Below are positions 15,314 to 30,460 of a DNA stretch of 64,000 nucleotides, in pieces. Both the position numbers and the translations under genes were made by a program. The DNA is from the human T2T-CHM13v2.0 reference genome, Homo sapiens. Every line of letters begins with the position of its first letter. The stretch's first letter is position 1. The stretch is taken from the NCBI RefSeq assembly GCF_009914755.1, contig NC_060945.1; one strand, 5' to 3'. The notes beneath the pieces were generated by a model. It had not been told where the DNA came from, ran no database searches, and was given only the letters and a program-made list of their open reading frames with translations.

Positions 15314-15619
15314 GGCCGGCCGTGGTGGCTCATGCCTGTAATCCCAGCACTTTGGGAGGCCCAGGCGGGCGGATCACGAGGTCTGACACCGAGACCATCC
15401 TGGCTAACATGGTGAAAACCCGTCTGTACTAAAAATAAAAAAATTAGCCAGGCGTGGTGGCGGGCGCTTGTAATCCCAGATACTCGGGAGGCTGAGGCAG
15501 GAGAATGGCGTGAAACCAGGAGGCGGAGCTTGCAGTGAGCCGAGATCGCGGCACTACACTCCAGCCTGGGTGACAGAGCAAGACTCGGTCTCAAAAAAAA
15601 AAAAAAAAAAAAAAAAAAA
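15314..15619 (+). mobile_element. AluY, full length, pure poly(A) tail
   Basis: gagaatggcgtgaa...ggcggagcttgcagtgagccgagatcgcg; degenerate TSD agaaaccatga / agaaatcataa. Confidence 0.95.
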
Positions 15620-18435
15620 AGAAATCATAAGCAGGTACCAACACAGCCATTTTTAACGTTTACATACTAGATAGAAATAAGCAGCTAATGTTATTTTACT
15701 GAGGGTGCTTATGTGTGGATATGCATGCACGTATTGTTTATAGATAGAATTTTATACCTAAGATAATTTTGAACATTGTTCTATAGGTCCACTATAGAAG
15801 TAAAATTTGAACTAACAAATAGGTATTTAGAAATGAAATCATTTGAAGTACCTGGGGTGTCTTCAATACTCTTGGAAGTGTTTTAGTTTGAAGGATAAAT
15901 TGTCTCATTTCCCTTTCCATGACTCAGTTCATGTTTCCATCACCTGCACCGAGCTCCTCATTTGGAGGGTAGTTTTATTCCAGTGGTGGAGCAAACAATA
16001 ATCCAATGGGAGCTGCGAGAAGATTTGGAAGAGAATTGACGTGGGTCACACAAATTCTTACACTCTGGCTGCTCTTTGAAAAACAAAAAACAAAAGACCT
16101 CAATCTGTACTTGTGAAATTACTAAGGATTGTTAAAGAAAACGAGGGACAGCCTTCTTAGACTAAGAGAATAGACTACTTCATCTGGCAAGAGATGCTCA
16201 CTGCAGGTGGTGGGTTCCATGATCGGTGCATCTTTTTGTTATTTTTAGACACACATATTCCATTATTCTCTGTTTCCTGAATCAATAGCCTTGATTTACA
16301 AGAGATTTGAGGAAGCTGTGAATTCAGCTGATGCTAAAACCTGACATTCTAAAAGCTGGTTTGGTTTTCAGCTCGTCTAAGCCTAAGTAGAATGAAAACT
16401 ATGAGCACATTTATGGACTGCCCCTGTTTTCACCTTGGAGCACAGCTCCGAGCTACTTGTCATATTAGGAGCAAATATCTCACACCAGGGAACTTGAATT
16501 TCTTAACCTCTTTGTCTTTCTCAAGATTCCCTAAAAAACAGATCCTGAAGCAAAGCTTATGTGTTAAAACTTTATTAGGGAGCATAATCCTAGGAAGAAA
16601 ACAATGTAAGAAAGTAAGGAGGGAAAATATGGCTGGGAGTGTTACTGTGCCCACTGAAGATTGACAGCAAGCATAATCGCTTGCTCTGAGTGGGATGAGT
16701 CTTAATAGGGGCATCCGAATGACTGTATTTCAGAACAATCAATCTGAAGGGAATAAAGAAGAAGAATTCATCCTTGGGTTCCCTCCAGCCCCACATGGAG
16801 TGATCTTGCCTCCCCACAAGTCCAGATCACCTCATTTAGCCTCTCCAGAGTAAATGCAATCCAGAAGAGCTGGGCCAGAGGCATGCAGGCTCGTCACCAG
16901 TCAGTGCCATCTGCAGGGATCTGTGATATGTGGCTGTAGTGATAGTAGAAATTAATAACCTGTTTCTATTGTCTCAGGTACGAGGCAACCTTTGCTATGA
17001 TTACTCTGTCGAGAAAGCAAAGCAAGGGAACAGATGCGTAGTGCAAAAGCTGAGGTTGATATACTTTTCATAGGTTTTCATGGTAGTAGCCACTTAGTCT
17101 CTCAAAGTATTGTCCTCCTTGACCATTGCATTTTATGTGGCCACAGGTGATAGTTTCATAAATGGTACTATCACCAATTATTGAAATTAGTGATTTTTGT
17201 TTTAACCCAAGCAAGTCAGATAACCAATCCAAACTTCCTCCCAGTTCCCCAAGTCATTGTTGCTCACAATCACTCTGGTAAAGAAATAAAGTTTCCTAAA
17301 TTTTCAAAAATTGAATTCTGAAGAATTACATAATCTTGGTGTAATATCGTCTTACACTTCACTAGTAGATATTGTTAAAATAATTTCAGGTGACTTACAA
17401 AATTTAAATTTCAGAATGAGTTCATTGAAAATGCTTACTGTGGATTTTATTTATTTATTTATTTATTTATTTGTGTTAAATATACACATTGGAATAAGAA
17501 GAAAGACCCAAACAGAAAAGGGTTTTTGAAAAAGGTAGCATTACAGATATGTATTTTATTGCCTAATTCACATACTTTCTAGCTCCATTTAAAATAAACC
17601 ATGTGGATTTGAAAGTAAATGACAATTCTTCCTTATTAGTCTTCTCTTTCATGGCAGTTTTTGTGCTTTGAATTTACTGCCTATTCATATTCTTTGATGA
17701 GAAATGCAGACTCCAGCAATGTGTCTAATGTGTTGACTAAAAATAACCCTCAACTATATTCTAGACAGCTTTAAAGGCTAGACTGTATTATCTTTTGAAA
17801 GATCAGAACAAAGACCCTTTCAGTTCATGAAGAATGGATGAAAAATTGCTCTAATTAGTTTATTTTAATCTCTAGAGAGGAATATAAGTTGTCTACACAT
17901 TATAAATGGCTAATTTTTAGTGATTAGTTTTTATTTCTAGGCATTATACCCAACCACCTGGCTTGCCCTGGTCAAATTTACTCTTTTCATCTTTCTCTTG
18001 AATTAGATCATACAAAAAATGAATTACTGTGATTTAAATATAAATGACACTGAGCTCATAATGTGTCATAAAACCTTTTTCTCTTAGTTATTTTTATGAG
18101 AACAACTTTCTCTTCAGTTACTCAATACAGAGTAACAAATTCTTCACTATTTCTCACCTCCCTTATATAAATATTCACCACGTTGTTCTATTCAGTCTAG
18201 TAAATATCTCTCTCCTTTGCTCCTCCATCAACCCTAATTCAGTTTCTTGTTGCTTTTTCCTCGAACTAAAGCAATGCTTTTAACTGTCATCCAACTTCCT
18301 TCTGGCCTCTGGCCTTCACTGTTACTACCAACAAGACTTTTCTAAAATGCAAATCTTAACACCTGCTTGTTTGCAAAAACCAACCAATTACTCTCAAAAT
18401 AAAGTACGAATAATTATATTAACATACTTTATCAG

Positions 18436-18856
18436 TGGGATGGTTAATTTGATGTATCAACTTGTCCAGGCCATGGCTCCCAGATTTGTAAACAAATATT
18501 TGTCTTGGTGTTTCTGTGAAGGTTTTCAGATGTGATAAACATTTAAACTTGTGGGCTTTGAGTAAAGCAGATTGTCCTTCATGATGTGGTAAGGACTCAT
18601 CCAATGAGCTAAAGACCTGTAATAAATAGAACATAAGACTGACTTCTCCCAAATAGGAGGGAATTCTGCAGCAGACTGCCTTTTGACTTGAACTGCAGCA
18701 CTGGCTCTTCTCTGGTTCTCTAGCCTGCTGACACACCCTGCATATTTTGGATTTTCCAGTCTTCATAATCACATGAGTCATTTCCTTAAAATAACTCTCT
18801 TATCTATATATACGTTTTCTACTGGTACTGCTGCTCTGGACAATCCTAAGTAATAC
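18436..18856 (+). mobile_element. MLT2 (ERVL) solo LTR
   Basis: 'tggttaatttgatgtatcaacttg...tgagtaaagcagattgtccttc...taataca'; homologous to 44480-44909. Confidence 0.8.
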
Positions 18857-19346
18857 AAATGGGCACTTGTATCCTTCCCTACCTCCAGCCTTGACTCCAC
18901 GTACAACATTCTTTGCAACCACATGACATTGAAGTTCTGTATATAAAAACCAGCATCTTCTTGAAGACACAGTCTCTTAAAATGTTAGCTGCTCGGATGT
19001 CTTTCAGTTATTATTTGGTCCAGTAATTAAACATCAAAAAATGTTCCTTTCAAAAGCTTTTTAGTTGTTACTCTTAAGTTATTGAGATTTCTGTTGGTTT
19101 TTCTTTTGAAACCGATAGAAGTTAGAATATAATACATTAAGAAAAAAAAGCAAGAGGAAATAAAAGTTGAGTTGAAATACTCTTCAGGGGAAAAAAAAAC
19201 AAACTTATGCAAGTTAATTAGGTTCAATGGTGATTTCTAATTCCTAATTGTCAACAACTTCCCTCACTTAGCAGGAGTTCCATTTATACACCAAATGTTT
19301 ATGGAGCATTTACTATATTTGGATAATATGTCTGCACTGAAAATCT

Positions 19347-22300
19347 TTTTTTTTTAATTTCAACTTTTATTTCAGATACAGGTGGCACATGTGCTTGTTT
19401 CTTTTTTATTATTTATTTATTTTTTATTTATTTTATTTTTTATTTTACAGGATACATATGCAGAACGTGCAGGTTTGTTACATAGGTATACATGTGCCAT
19501 GGTGGTTTGCTGCACCTATTGACCCATCCTCTAAGTTCCCTCTGTTCACCCCCCAACCCCAAACAGGCCCTGTTTTGTGTTGTTTCCCCCCATGTGTCCA
19601 TGTATTCTCAACTCCCACTTATGAGTGAGAACATGCGGTGTTTGGTTTTCTGCTTCTTGTTAGTTTGCTGAGGATAATGGCTTCCAGCTTCATCTATGTC
19701 CTTGCAAAGGACATGATCTCATTCCTTTTTATGGCTGCATAGTATTATGGTATATATGTATCACATTTTCCTTATCTAGTCTATCGTTGATGGGCATTTG
19801 GGTTGGTTCCATATCTTTGCTATTGTAAATAGTGCTACAGTAAACATACATGTGCATGTGTCTTTATAGCAGAATGATTTATATTCCTTTGAGTATATAC
19901 TCTGTAATGGAATTGATGGGTCAAATGGTATTGCTGGTTCTAATCCTTGGGGAATTGCCACACCGTCTTCCACATGGGTGAAATAATTTACATTCCCAAC
20001 TGTGTAAAAGCATTCCTATTTCTCCACAGCCTCACCAGCATCTACTATTTCTTGCCTTTTTAATAATCACCATTCTGACTGGCATGAGATGGTATCTCAT
20101 TGTGGTTTTGATTTGGATTTCTTTAATGATTAGTGATGTTGAGCTTTTTTTCATATTTCTGTTGGTGATGTAAATGCCTTATTTTGAGAAGTGTCTGTTC
20201 ATATGCTTTGCCCACTTTTTGATGGAGTTGTTTGGTTTTTTTTCTTGTAAATTTGTTAGAGTTTCTTGTAGATTCCGGATATTAGAGCAAAGCTGGAGGC
20301 ATCATGCTACCTGACTTCAAAGTATACTACAAGGCAACAGTAACCAAAACAGCATGGTACTGGTACCAAAACAGATGTATAGACCAATGGAACAGAAGAG
20401 AGACCTCAGAAATAACACCAGACATCTACAACCATCTGATCTTCAACAAACCTGACAGAAATAAGCAATGGGAAAAGGATTTCCTGTTCAATAAATGGTG
20501 TTGGGAAAACTGGCTAGCCATATGAAGAAAACTGAAACTGGACCCTTTCCTTACACCTTATACAAAAATTAACTCAAGATGGATTAAAGACTTAAATGTA
20601 AAACCCAAAACCATAAAAACCCTAGAAGAAAACCTAGGCAATACCACTCAGGACATAGGCATGGGTAAAGACTTCCTGATGAAAATGCCAAAAGCAATCG
20701 CAACAAAAGTCAAAATTGACAAATGGGATCTAATTAAACTAAAGAGTTTCTGCATAGCAAAAGAAACTAAAATCAGAGTGAACAGGCAACCTACAGAATG
20801 AGGGAAAATATTTTTGCAGTCTACCTATCTGACAGTTTTCTTATAAGAGCACATTATGTGATATAGAGGTTTAAGGTAAAAATCCCATCACTCAGCTAGT
20901 AAGCACAGTACCCAATGGTAATTTTCAACCCATGTCGCTCTCCCTTCACTCTCTAGTAGTCTTTAGTGTCTATTGTCCCAATGTTTATGTCCATATGTGC
21001 TCAAAGTTTAGCTCCCTCTTGTAAGTGAGAACATAAAGTATTTTGTTTCCTGTTTCTGTGTTAATTCACTTAGGATTATGGCCTCTAGCTCCATCCATGT
21101 TTCTAAAAAAGACATGATTTCATTCTTTTTTATGGCTACATATTATAGTATTCTATGGTGAATATGTACCACATTTTTCTTCATCCAATACATCATTGAT
21201 GGGCACCTAAGTTGATTCCATGTCTTTACTATTGTGAACAGCACGATGATGAACATGTGAGTACATGTGTCTTTTTGGTATAATGATTAGTTTTCCTTTG
21301 GGTTGAATCCTGGGTTAAACAGTAGCTGTGTTTTAAGTTCTCTGAGAAATCTCCAAATGGCTTTCCTGTGTGAACTAATTTACATTTCCACCAACAGCAT
21401 ATAAGCATTCCCTTTGCTCTGCAGCCTTGCTTGCATCAGAATTTTTTTTGAGTTTTTAATAATAACCATTCTGACTGCTGCTAAATGGTATCTTACTGTT
21501 GTTTCGGTTTGCATTTCTCTGATGATTAGTGAGCATGACCACTTTTTCACATGTTCATTGGCAATCTGTATGTCTTATGTGGAGAAATTTCTGCTCAAAA
21601 GTCCTTTGCCCATTTTTAAAAGGGTTATTTTTTGCTTGTTGCTTTTTAAAGTTTGTATAGATTTTGGGTATTAGACTTTTGTTGAATGTACAGTTGGCAA
21701 ATATGTTCTTCCATTCTGTAGGTTGTCTGTTCTGTTTATAGTTTCTTTTGGTGTGAAGAAGTTCTTTAGTTTAATAGGCCCCACTTGTCAACTTTTGTTT
21801 TTGTTGCAATTGCTTTTGGGGACTTTGCCAAAAATTATTAGCCAAGGTTGATGTTGCGAAGGATATTTACTAAGATTTCTTCTAGGATTTTTATAGCTTG
21901 CGGTCTTACATTTAAATCTTTAACTCATCTTTAGTTAATTTTTGTGTATGGTGAAGGGTAGAGGTCCAGTTTCATTCTTCTGAATATGGCTAGCCAGTTA
22001 TTCCAGCACCATTTATTAAATACAGACTCCATTCCCCATTGCTTTTATTTGTCATCCATTTTGAGGATTATGTGGCTGTGGGTATGTAGCTTTATAGCTG
22101 AGTTTTCTGTTTTGTTCTACTGGCTTATTTGTTTATTTTTGTACCAGTACCATGCTGTTTTGGTTACAGTAGCATAATAACGTAGTTTGAATTCAGGTAA
22201 TGTGATGCCTCTGGCTTTGTTTTTAAAGATTTCTTTGGCTATTTGGGTTCCTTTTTGGTTCTATATGGATTTTGGTAGTTTTGTCTAATTCTGTGAAAAA

Positions 22301-25300
22301 GGATTGTGGTAGTTTGATAGGAATAGCATTGAATCTGTACATTGTTTTGAGCAGGATGGCTATTTTTACAATATTGATGTTTTCAATCCATGAGCATGGA
22401 ATGTTTTGGCATTTATTTGCATTGTCTCTGATTTCTTTCAGCAGTGTTTTGTATAGTCCTCCTGGTAGAGATCTTTCACCTCCTTGGTTAGCTGTATTCC
22501 TAGGTATTTCATTTTCTTTGTGGCTAGTGTAAATGGGTTCATACTGTTGATTTGACTTTCAGCCTGGACATTATTGGTGGATAGAAATGCTACTCAGTTT
22601 TGTACATTGATTTTGTATTCTGAAACTTTGCTAAAGGTGTTTGTCAGTTCTAGGAGCCTTTTGGTGGACTCTTCAGTGTTTGAGATACAGAGTCATCTCA
22701 TCAGCAAAGAAAATTTGATTTCTTCTTTTCATATTTAGATGCCTTTTATTTTTTCTCTTGCTTGATTTCTCTGACTAGGACATTTAGTACTATGTTAAAT
22801 AGTTGTGAGAATGGTCATCCTTGTCTTGTTCCAGTTCTTAGGGGTAATGATTCCAGCCTTTGCTTGTTCAGTGTAATGTTGGCTATGGATTTGTTATAAA
22901 TGGCTCTTATTATTTTGAGATATGTTCCTTTGATATTTAATGTGTTGAGAGTTTTTATTATAAAGGGGTGTTGGATTTTATCAAAAGCTTTTTCTGTGTC
23001 TACTGAGACAATTCTATGTTTTTTGCTATTAATCCTGTTTATGAGGTTAATTACATGTATTGATTTATGTGTGTTGAGCCAACCTTGAATTTCAGGAATA
23101 ACACCTACTTGATCATGGTGAGTTAACTTTTCGATGTGCTTCTGGCTATAGTTTGCTAGTATTTTGTGAAGGATTTTCATATCTATGTTCATCATGGATA
23201 TTGCCCTGAAGGTTTCTTTTTTCATTGCAGTGCTGCAGATTTTGTTGTCAGGCTAACACTGGCTTCACAAAATGCATTAAGGAGGAGCCTGTCCTTGACT
23301 TTTTGGGATAGTTTCAGTAGCATTAGTACCGGTTCTTTTTCATACATCTGGTAGAATTTGGCTGTGAATCCGTTTCATCCAGGCTTTCTTTTGGTTGGCA
23401 GGTATTATGTTACTTATTCAATTTCAGAACTTGATATTGGTCTATTTAGGGTTTCAATCACTTTCTGATACAATCACGAGAGACCGTGTGTTTCCTGGAA
23501 TTTGTCCATTTTTTCTAGATTTTCTAATTCATGTGCATAGTGGTCTCTGAGGACCTTTTGCATTTCTGTTGAATCAGTTATAATGTTATCTTTGTCATTT
23601 CTGATTGTACTTATTTGGATCTTCTTTTTTTGTTAATCTAGCTAGTAGTCCATCAATCTTATTTGTTCTTTTGAAAAACCATTTCGATTTTATTGGTTCT
23701 TTATATGGATTTTTGCACCTGAATTTCATTTAGTTCTTCTCCCATTTAAGTTATTCCTTTTCTTTTGCTTGCTTTGGGGTTGGTCTGTTCTTTTTTTTTT
23801 CTCTCTAGTTTCTTGAGATGCAAGTTAGATTGTTACTTTGAGATCTTTCTAACTTCTTGATGATGGCATTTAGTCTTTTAAACTTTCCTCCTCACATCGC
23901 TTTAGCTGTATCCCAGCGATTTTGGTAAGCTGTCTTGCGTTTGTTAGTATTTTCACTAATTTCACAAAGTTTTTTTAAAATTTCTGCTTTAATTTTTATG
24001 TACACCCAGAAGTTATTCAGTAGCAAGTTGTTTAATTTCCATATGTAGTTTTGAAAGATCTTCTTGATATTGATTTCTGTTTTTATTGCACTGCGGTCCA
24101 AGAGTTTGATTGGTACGATTACAAAATTTGAATTTATTGACACTTGCTTTATGATTGGGCATGTGGTCAGTCTCAGAATTTGTTCCATATGCAAACAAAA
24201 ATAATTCAAACTCTATAGTTGTTGGGTGGAATGTTCTGTAGATGTGTATTAGAAAGTGCCAAGTTTAAGTCCAGAGCTTCTTTGTTACTTTTCTGCCTCA
24301 ATGATATGTCTAATGCTGTAAGTGGAGTGTTGAAGTTTCCCACTATTGTTGTTGGCTGTCTAAGCCTTTTCATACATCAAAAAAATTGCTTTATGTATCT
24401 GAGTGCTCCAATATTCGGTGTGTATAGATTTAGGATAGTTAAGTATTCTTGTTAATTGTACACTTTATCATTTTGTAATATCCTTCCTTTTCCTTCTAAA
24501 GTGTTATTCATTTTTAGTCTGTTTATCTTATATAAAAATAGCAACTCCTGCTTTTTTCTGTTTTTCATTTGCATAATAGATCTTTTTTCATCCCTTTATT
24601 TTGAGCCTGTGGGTATCAATACATGTGAAATATGTCTCTTGAAGACAGCAGATGGTGAGGTCTTGTCTTTTGATTCAGCTTGCTATTTTGTCTTTGAAGG
24701 GGGGCATTTAGCCCATTTGCATTCAGCGTTAGTATTGATATGTGAGATTTTGATTCTGTCATGTTGTTAGCTGGTTGTTATGTAGGCTTGATCATGTAGT
24801 TGCTTTGTTTGTGTGCTATGTGCTTAAGTATGATTTTGTGGTAGCAGGTGTCCTTCTATCAATTCCATATTTAAGACTTCTTTAAAAACTTCTGGTAAGG
24901 ATGGTCTAGTTGAAGTAAATTCCCTCAGAATTTGTTTGTCTTAAAACAATTTTATTTATCTTTCACTTCCAAAGCTTAGCTTGGCAGGATATGACATTCT
25001 TGACTGAATTTCTTTTCTTCAAGGACAACTGAAAATAGGCCCCCAATCTCTTCTGGCTTATAAGGTTTCTGCTGAGAGGTCTTCTACTAGCCTGATGGAG
25101 TTCCCTCTGTAAGTAACCTGCTCCTTCCTTCTAGCTGCCTTTAATTTTTTTTTCCACTGACCTTAGTGAATCTGATGACTATGTTCCTTTGTTATAGTAA
25201 TCTTGTATAACATCTAGTTGTGGTTTTCTGTATTTCCTGAATTTTCATGTCATTCTCTCTAGAGAGATTAGAAAAGTTTTATGGACTATCTCCTCAAATA

Positions 25301-26500
25301 TATTTTCCAAATTGCTTATTCTCTTTCCTTCTCTGTCAATAATGTCAATGAGTCATAGATTTTTCTCTTTACAAAATTTCGTATTTTCAGAGGTTTTATT
25401 CATTTTTTTAAATTCTTTTTTCTTTATTTTGTCAGAATGAGTTGATTCCAGGAACTAGTCTTCAAGCTCCTGAGATTCTTTTCTCAGCTTGTCTCTTCTG
25501 CCATTAATACTTCTGATTGAATTATAAAATGATTGTATTGAATTTTTCAGCTGTATAAGTTCAGTTTGCTTCTTTCTTGAAATGGCTATTTCAGCTCTTG
25601 GATCATTTTACTGAATTTCTTGATTTCTTTGGATTGGGTTTCAACTTTCTCCTGAATCTCCATTAAATTTTTTGCCCTCCAGATTCTGTATTCTGTCTGC
25701 CATTTTAGACTACTTACAGACCATTGATGATGTTCTGGTAAACTTGGATTAAGGGGACACTCTGGCCTTTTGAACCGCCTAAGTTCTTGTGCTAATTCTT
25801 TCTCATCTTGGAGGGTTGTTGTTCCTTTAATTGTGGTGTAATTTAATTACAGTCAGTTGGCTTTGTTTATGGATGTTTCTAGAGGGCTAAAGCTCTGTAT
25901 GTGGTCTTTATTTATGGCTGAATTCTTACCCTTGGTTTCATGGGTCAGTATATTAGCAAAATATTTTTGGTGTTGTAGTTTGGGCAACTATCCAGCAGAT
26001 GGCTATCTAGAGTAACTGCCAATAGGTAAGTTCTTACTCAACCATGTGGCTCCTTTGTATTTCCTGGGTTTGCAGCTGTTCTCTGCAGTGAGGTGGGGGA
26101 GAGAGGTTACACTCTCACCAGGTATGCTCCTGGGCATTGGGGAAGTCCCCTCGGATCACTGGCACTGTGCTTGGGAATTTATTTTGCTCCAAAAGTGGAT
26201 ATTCTGGGGTGTATTTCCTTGAGCAGAGGCTGGGGCAGGAAGATAGGCCACACCATTTCTGGACAGGCTCTCCTCCCCAGGAACCATTCAGGGCTGGGAA
26301 CTAGCATTAGCATTTGGGTATGTTGCACAGTGTTCCCAGCTTCCTCCTTCTTCAGACTCAGTGTCTGTGTCATGGTTCCATATATTCTTGGTGTTTTCTC
26401 TCTGAAGATCCATCCAAATTATGTTGGTTTACCTTTTGATCTCTCTTGATGGGAGCAGCATTTTCTGGCTGCATCTAGTTGTTGGCCATCTTGTCCCTCT
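19347..26500 (-). mobile_element. Old full-length LINE-1 (L1PB-like), decayed
   Basis: 3' end at 19347-19400 resumes at ~20835; ORF2 remnants ([22 protein letters not shown]); ORF1 remnants; 5' end reads 'gacaagatggccaac..ctagatgcagccag' on -; degenerate TSD gcactgaaaatct (19334-19346) / gcactgggaattt (26502-26514). Confidence 0.88.
19401..20834 (-). mobile_element. Nested L1PA7/8-like LINE-1 with twin-priming inversion (20286-20834 on +)
   Basis: Minus-strand 3'UTR/ORF2 end switches at ~20285 to plus-strand ORF2 ([20 protein letters not shown]). Confidence 0.9.
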
Positions 26501-28739
26501 AGCACTGGGAATTTGATTGTGAGCTAGATTTAGTCCCTCACAACAAGCTGCATGGAATCTAGAGGGGAAAATAAACTGGAATGCCAAGAGTTATGATAAA
26601 GCATGAGTTCAAGAAAAGGTGTTTCATTATTTTGTCTAAGGCAGGATTCCTAATTATTTTTGCATGGGGTTTGGATAAGAATCTGTCAAGGAAACAACTC
26701 CAAGCTGTGATGAAGTCAGGGTCAGTCAGCCTTTTTATTATAAGTGATCAGAAATATCAAGATGAGGATACAAAGCAGAGCATGGAGTACTGAAATACTT
26801 GTTTTCTAGAAACTTAAGGGACTCTTCAAATCATACATCATATTTATGTATCATTTTTAAAGGGATATTTTATTGCTATTTGAAGGAATAATATTTTCAC
26901 ATATATTAAGTCAGTATGCCTTGAATGAGCTTATTGAATGTACTTTATTCTTCCCCACTAGTTTCCCTCAAACTGGAGGAGACAGCGAAGGATGGAATCA
27001 TGAATAAGAAGTGGTTGGAAAAACATAATCCCACTTTTTATTCCTGGATACTGCACAGTCTTTTGTTATTAAGTTTAGCAAAAAGTTCTGAAACACAGTT
27101 CTAGATTTCTCTCATTGAACAATAGACTTAATTATCTTAATTTTATTCATCCAAAGTTTGAGAGTTAATTTAGAAACACGATGAATTATTAATAAGTTTG
27201 TATCTATCAAAAAGCACTCAAATACATAAACTTGAGTTTCTTAGTATAATACTTATCTTGTAATGTCTATGCATTAATATCTATTAATGCATGATAATAA
27301 TATAATAACAACCACAAGACAAGACAAATTTACTGCCTATAAAAAGTTCATTGCTTAATAAAATGTCATTTTGTATTACTCATTCTTATTTAAATCTTGG
27401 TCTAGACAATTAAATATCAAACCCTACAAATTTATTGAGAATACTGACTAATTAACGACCAACACAAAACCTTCAGTATAAATAGTACTTGTCTTTCATC
27501 TCCTCACCTAGATGATTAGTTATTGTTAACTGGTGAAAAAATCAGGAGCACATACATTAGTATGCATGGTGTCATAAGCGAATACAACATATACATTCTG
27601 TTTCCTCTCTTTCCACTCCTGGTATTTCCTTATATGGACTGCCTCATATCCAACCTAGAAGACATGAGACAAAAAAACCAACCTCAATTGATCAGAAAAA
27701 TTTCAAATAGGATCATTATTTATCTTATAGAGAAAGATCTAAAATGAATATGAAGAAGAATATTTGATTTGATTAGAACATTACATTTTGTCATTATTTG
27801 TGCTAATTTCAATATGGTAAAATGAAGCCCCTGGATTCTCAGTCTGAAGTAAACTGGAGACCACTATTTCAGTACCATTTTAGCACAAATATTTCACTTT
27901 TCCCTTGATATTAAAAAATAGCAGAAATGTATTTTCTTGCAATTGTTTTCTTAAGAGTGTTTCATGGGTAGCTCATTTTCCAAAGAAATATAAAGTCTAG
28001 TATGATCATCACATTCCAATATTTTTCAGGCAATTTTTTGGCATGCATATTTATCTTATTATATTATTATATATAACTGGATAACAATATGATAATTAAG
28101 CATTTTTTCAGATATATCAAGGAGAAATTAAATGATGAAAGAGATTTGATACAGCTATAGATTAATATTTTGAGGTCTAGATTTCAAAACTTCTGATTTT
28201 AAAATTTAGACTTTGTATAGCATTTTGATAGTATTGTTGGCTTGATATCAAATGTTTAGAGCTTGTGGATTATTCTTTTAATTTCAATATGAAGAATATT
28301 CAATCATTATTCTTACAATATATTGATTCAAATTTTCAATTTTTAAAATAAAGTTACATTGGGTAAATTCAAGTGTCATTGAAGTAAATTACACTACAGT
28401 GAAGAGTAGAAGGGGACAGAAAAAATATGTGTTCTCATAGTGTAGAACATTTATCATAAGAAGTAAATATTTTATGGGTCAGAAACCAGCACTTCTACTT
28501 TTATTTAAAATCACTGTATCTAGCAAATATGCATTTGTTATTTGATTTTATTTAAAACAGAGTGACATCTAGGTGACCATCAATAGTACTTGAGTCAAAA
28601 TTTAAAAATTGACATGAAATTAATCATAATACAAAAGGTTGCTATTATAAATTATAGTGAAACTAAAATAAGAATAAATTTTTGAAATGTGCTAGTAGAG
28701 ATATACAAAATGAAAGTTGCTCTAAAACATGGTGTCCCT

Positions 28740-29220
28740 CTTTGAGTTAGCTGTTGTCACAAAAATGCTGCATGATAATAATATAATAACAACCATAATA
28801 ACAACTACAAGATCTCAGTGGAATGTACTAACAAGCATTTATTTAGCTCATAATTCTACAGAATGGCTGGCAGGGAGACTAACCTAGACAGAGTTCTCTT
28901 GAGTATGGTTCTGTTCCACTTGTCTTTCATCTATTTCTTCGGACAGCAGGCTAGCCCAGGTGTATTCTCATTGTGTTGGCAAAGACAAAAAAAAGTTCAG
29001 GTGTAAAACTCACAACATATTTCAAGAATATATTATATAATATCTGCTAAAATACTATTGGTTGAAATAAATTATATGGCTGAGCCCAGCTTTAAAGGGT
29101 AGAAAGAATGTACCTCCCAATCTGATCTTAAAGCAAGTTCGTGATCAAGCTCAACTACAAAGAAGTCAAAATCTATATTCCTTCACTTGAAAGTGGAGGA
29201 GAGTGGTGAATATTTCTGAC
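28740..29220 (-). mobile_element. MLT1-type (MaLR) LTR, degenerate
   Basis: 'ttagctgttgtcacaaaaatgctgcat...atctcagtgg...caagcatttatttagctca' is typical of the old MLT1 reverse strand. Confidence 0.5.
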
Positions 29221-30289
29221 AAAATAATTTACCCAATAACTATATTAGTAAGACTATGTGTTATAATCTATAATTGGCTATAGTATAATGAAAGTAATCT
29301 TACAATTTACACAAGTGGCTACTAAAATGGTTCACTTAAAAATACTTTTGGTAAACCCATTTAAAAGGTATCATTTAAGTAAAGAAGATAATAAAATTAA
29401 TCTCAAAATGTATCTTCAGCGGGACTTGAGTAGGAGGTCTTTAACTCTTTTTTGTTTTTTGGTAGAAGAATTGCTACTGAAAACATGCCAGTTTTGTAAC
29501 AACTTCTATGTATCAAAGTGGATATATTGAGTAAAAAAGGAACCAGTCTTTGCCTGGCAGGACATCATTTGACGTTAGAAATGGATATGTTTCTTTTTTT
29601 TTACCCTGGGGTAGAAAAGAATACTGGGTGATTCTTAATCTTGAAAGAGAGGGGGCTTTCCTTGGCTAGTTGTAATGCAGTATTACTTTTTAAAATCTAT
29701 GACAAATAGACTTTAGAAAGTTTCAGTGGGAAAGCTTAAATGTTTCTTTTCATAAATGATCATTTATGTATGTTATGAAAATAAAGGAAAGAAACACACG
29801 ATTATTCTTTAATCCTTTACATCTCACACTGTTATGAGAATATGTGCATGTTTCATAATATTTCTGACAAAGATGAATTTTCACCCTTAATTCCTCTCAA
29901 TTATAAAGTAAAATGTTTAATGAACATATTTTTTGAAGATATCTTGTGTGTAAACAACACATGTAGGACTCCCAAAATGAGAACCACATTATGCACTAGG
30001 AACTTGCCCACAGATGAATATCTTCTTGTTTGTCTTTAAAAGTGAGGTGGAAGGAGATGACAGGAAAAATGTCCTCTCTTTTGTCAGACACCAGGAAGAG
30101 CTCTTTATCTAGAAGGTATTTATCTTTGCATCAGAGGACAAAAAACATAACATTTCATGTGAAGAACCAATGACCACAATATTTAGGGATAACAACGGAA
30201 GTCATTTCCTGCATCCTTCAATTCGTTGACATGATAATATAAATTCTCATTCTCCTCCTCTTAGTTGGCATGAGAAACCAAAGCTTTTT

Positions 30290-30460
30290 TCAGCTTCAGA
30301 GTAAGTTCAGCTGAGGCCTCCTTTGTGACTGTGTCACGGCTCAATTTCTTTCTGCTCAATTTCTGTCCCTTCCCTCATTGGTGTTGATCCCAAGAGCAAT
30401 TCCTAATGAACCCATTACACACTAATCTTCACCTCAGAGTTAGTTTCCCAGAATATCCAA
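30290..30460 (+). mobile_element. LTR16-like LTR 3' part
   Basis: 'ggtgttgatcccaagagcaattcctaatgaa...ctaatcttcacctcagagttagtttcccag'. Confidence 0.5.
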
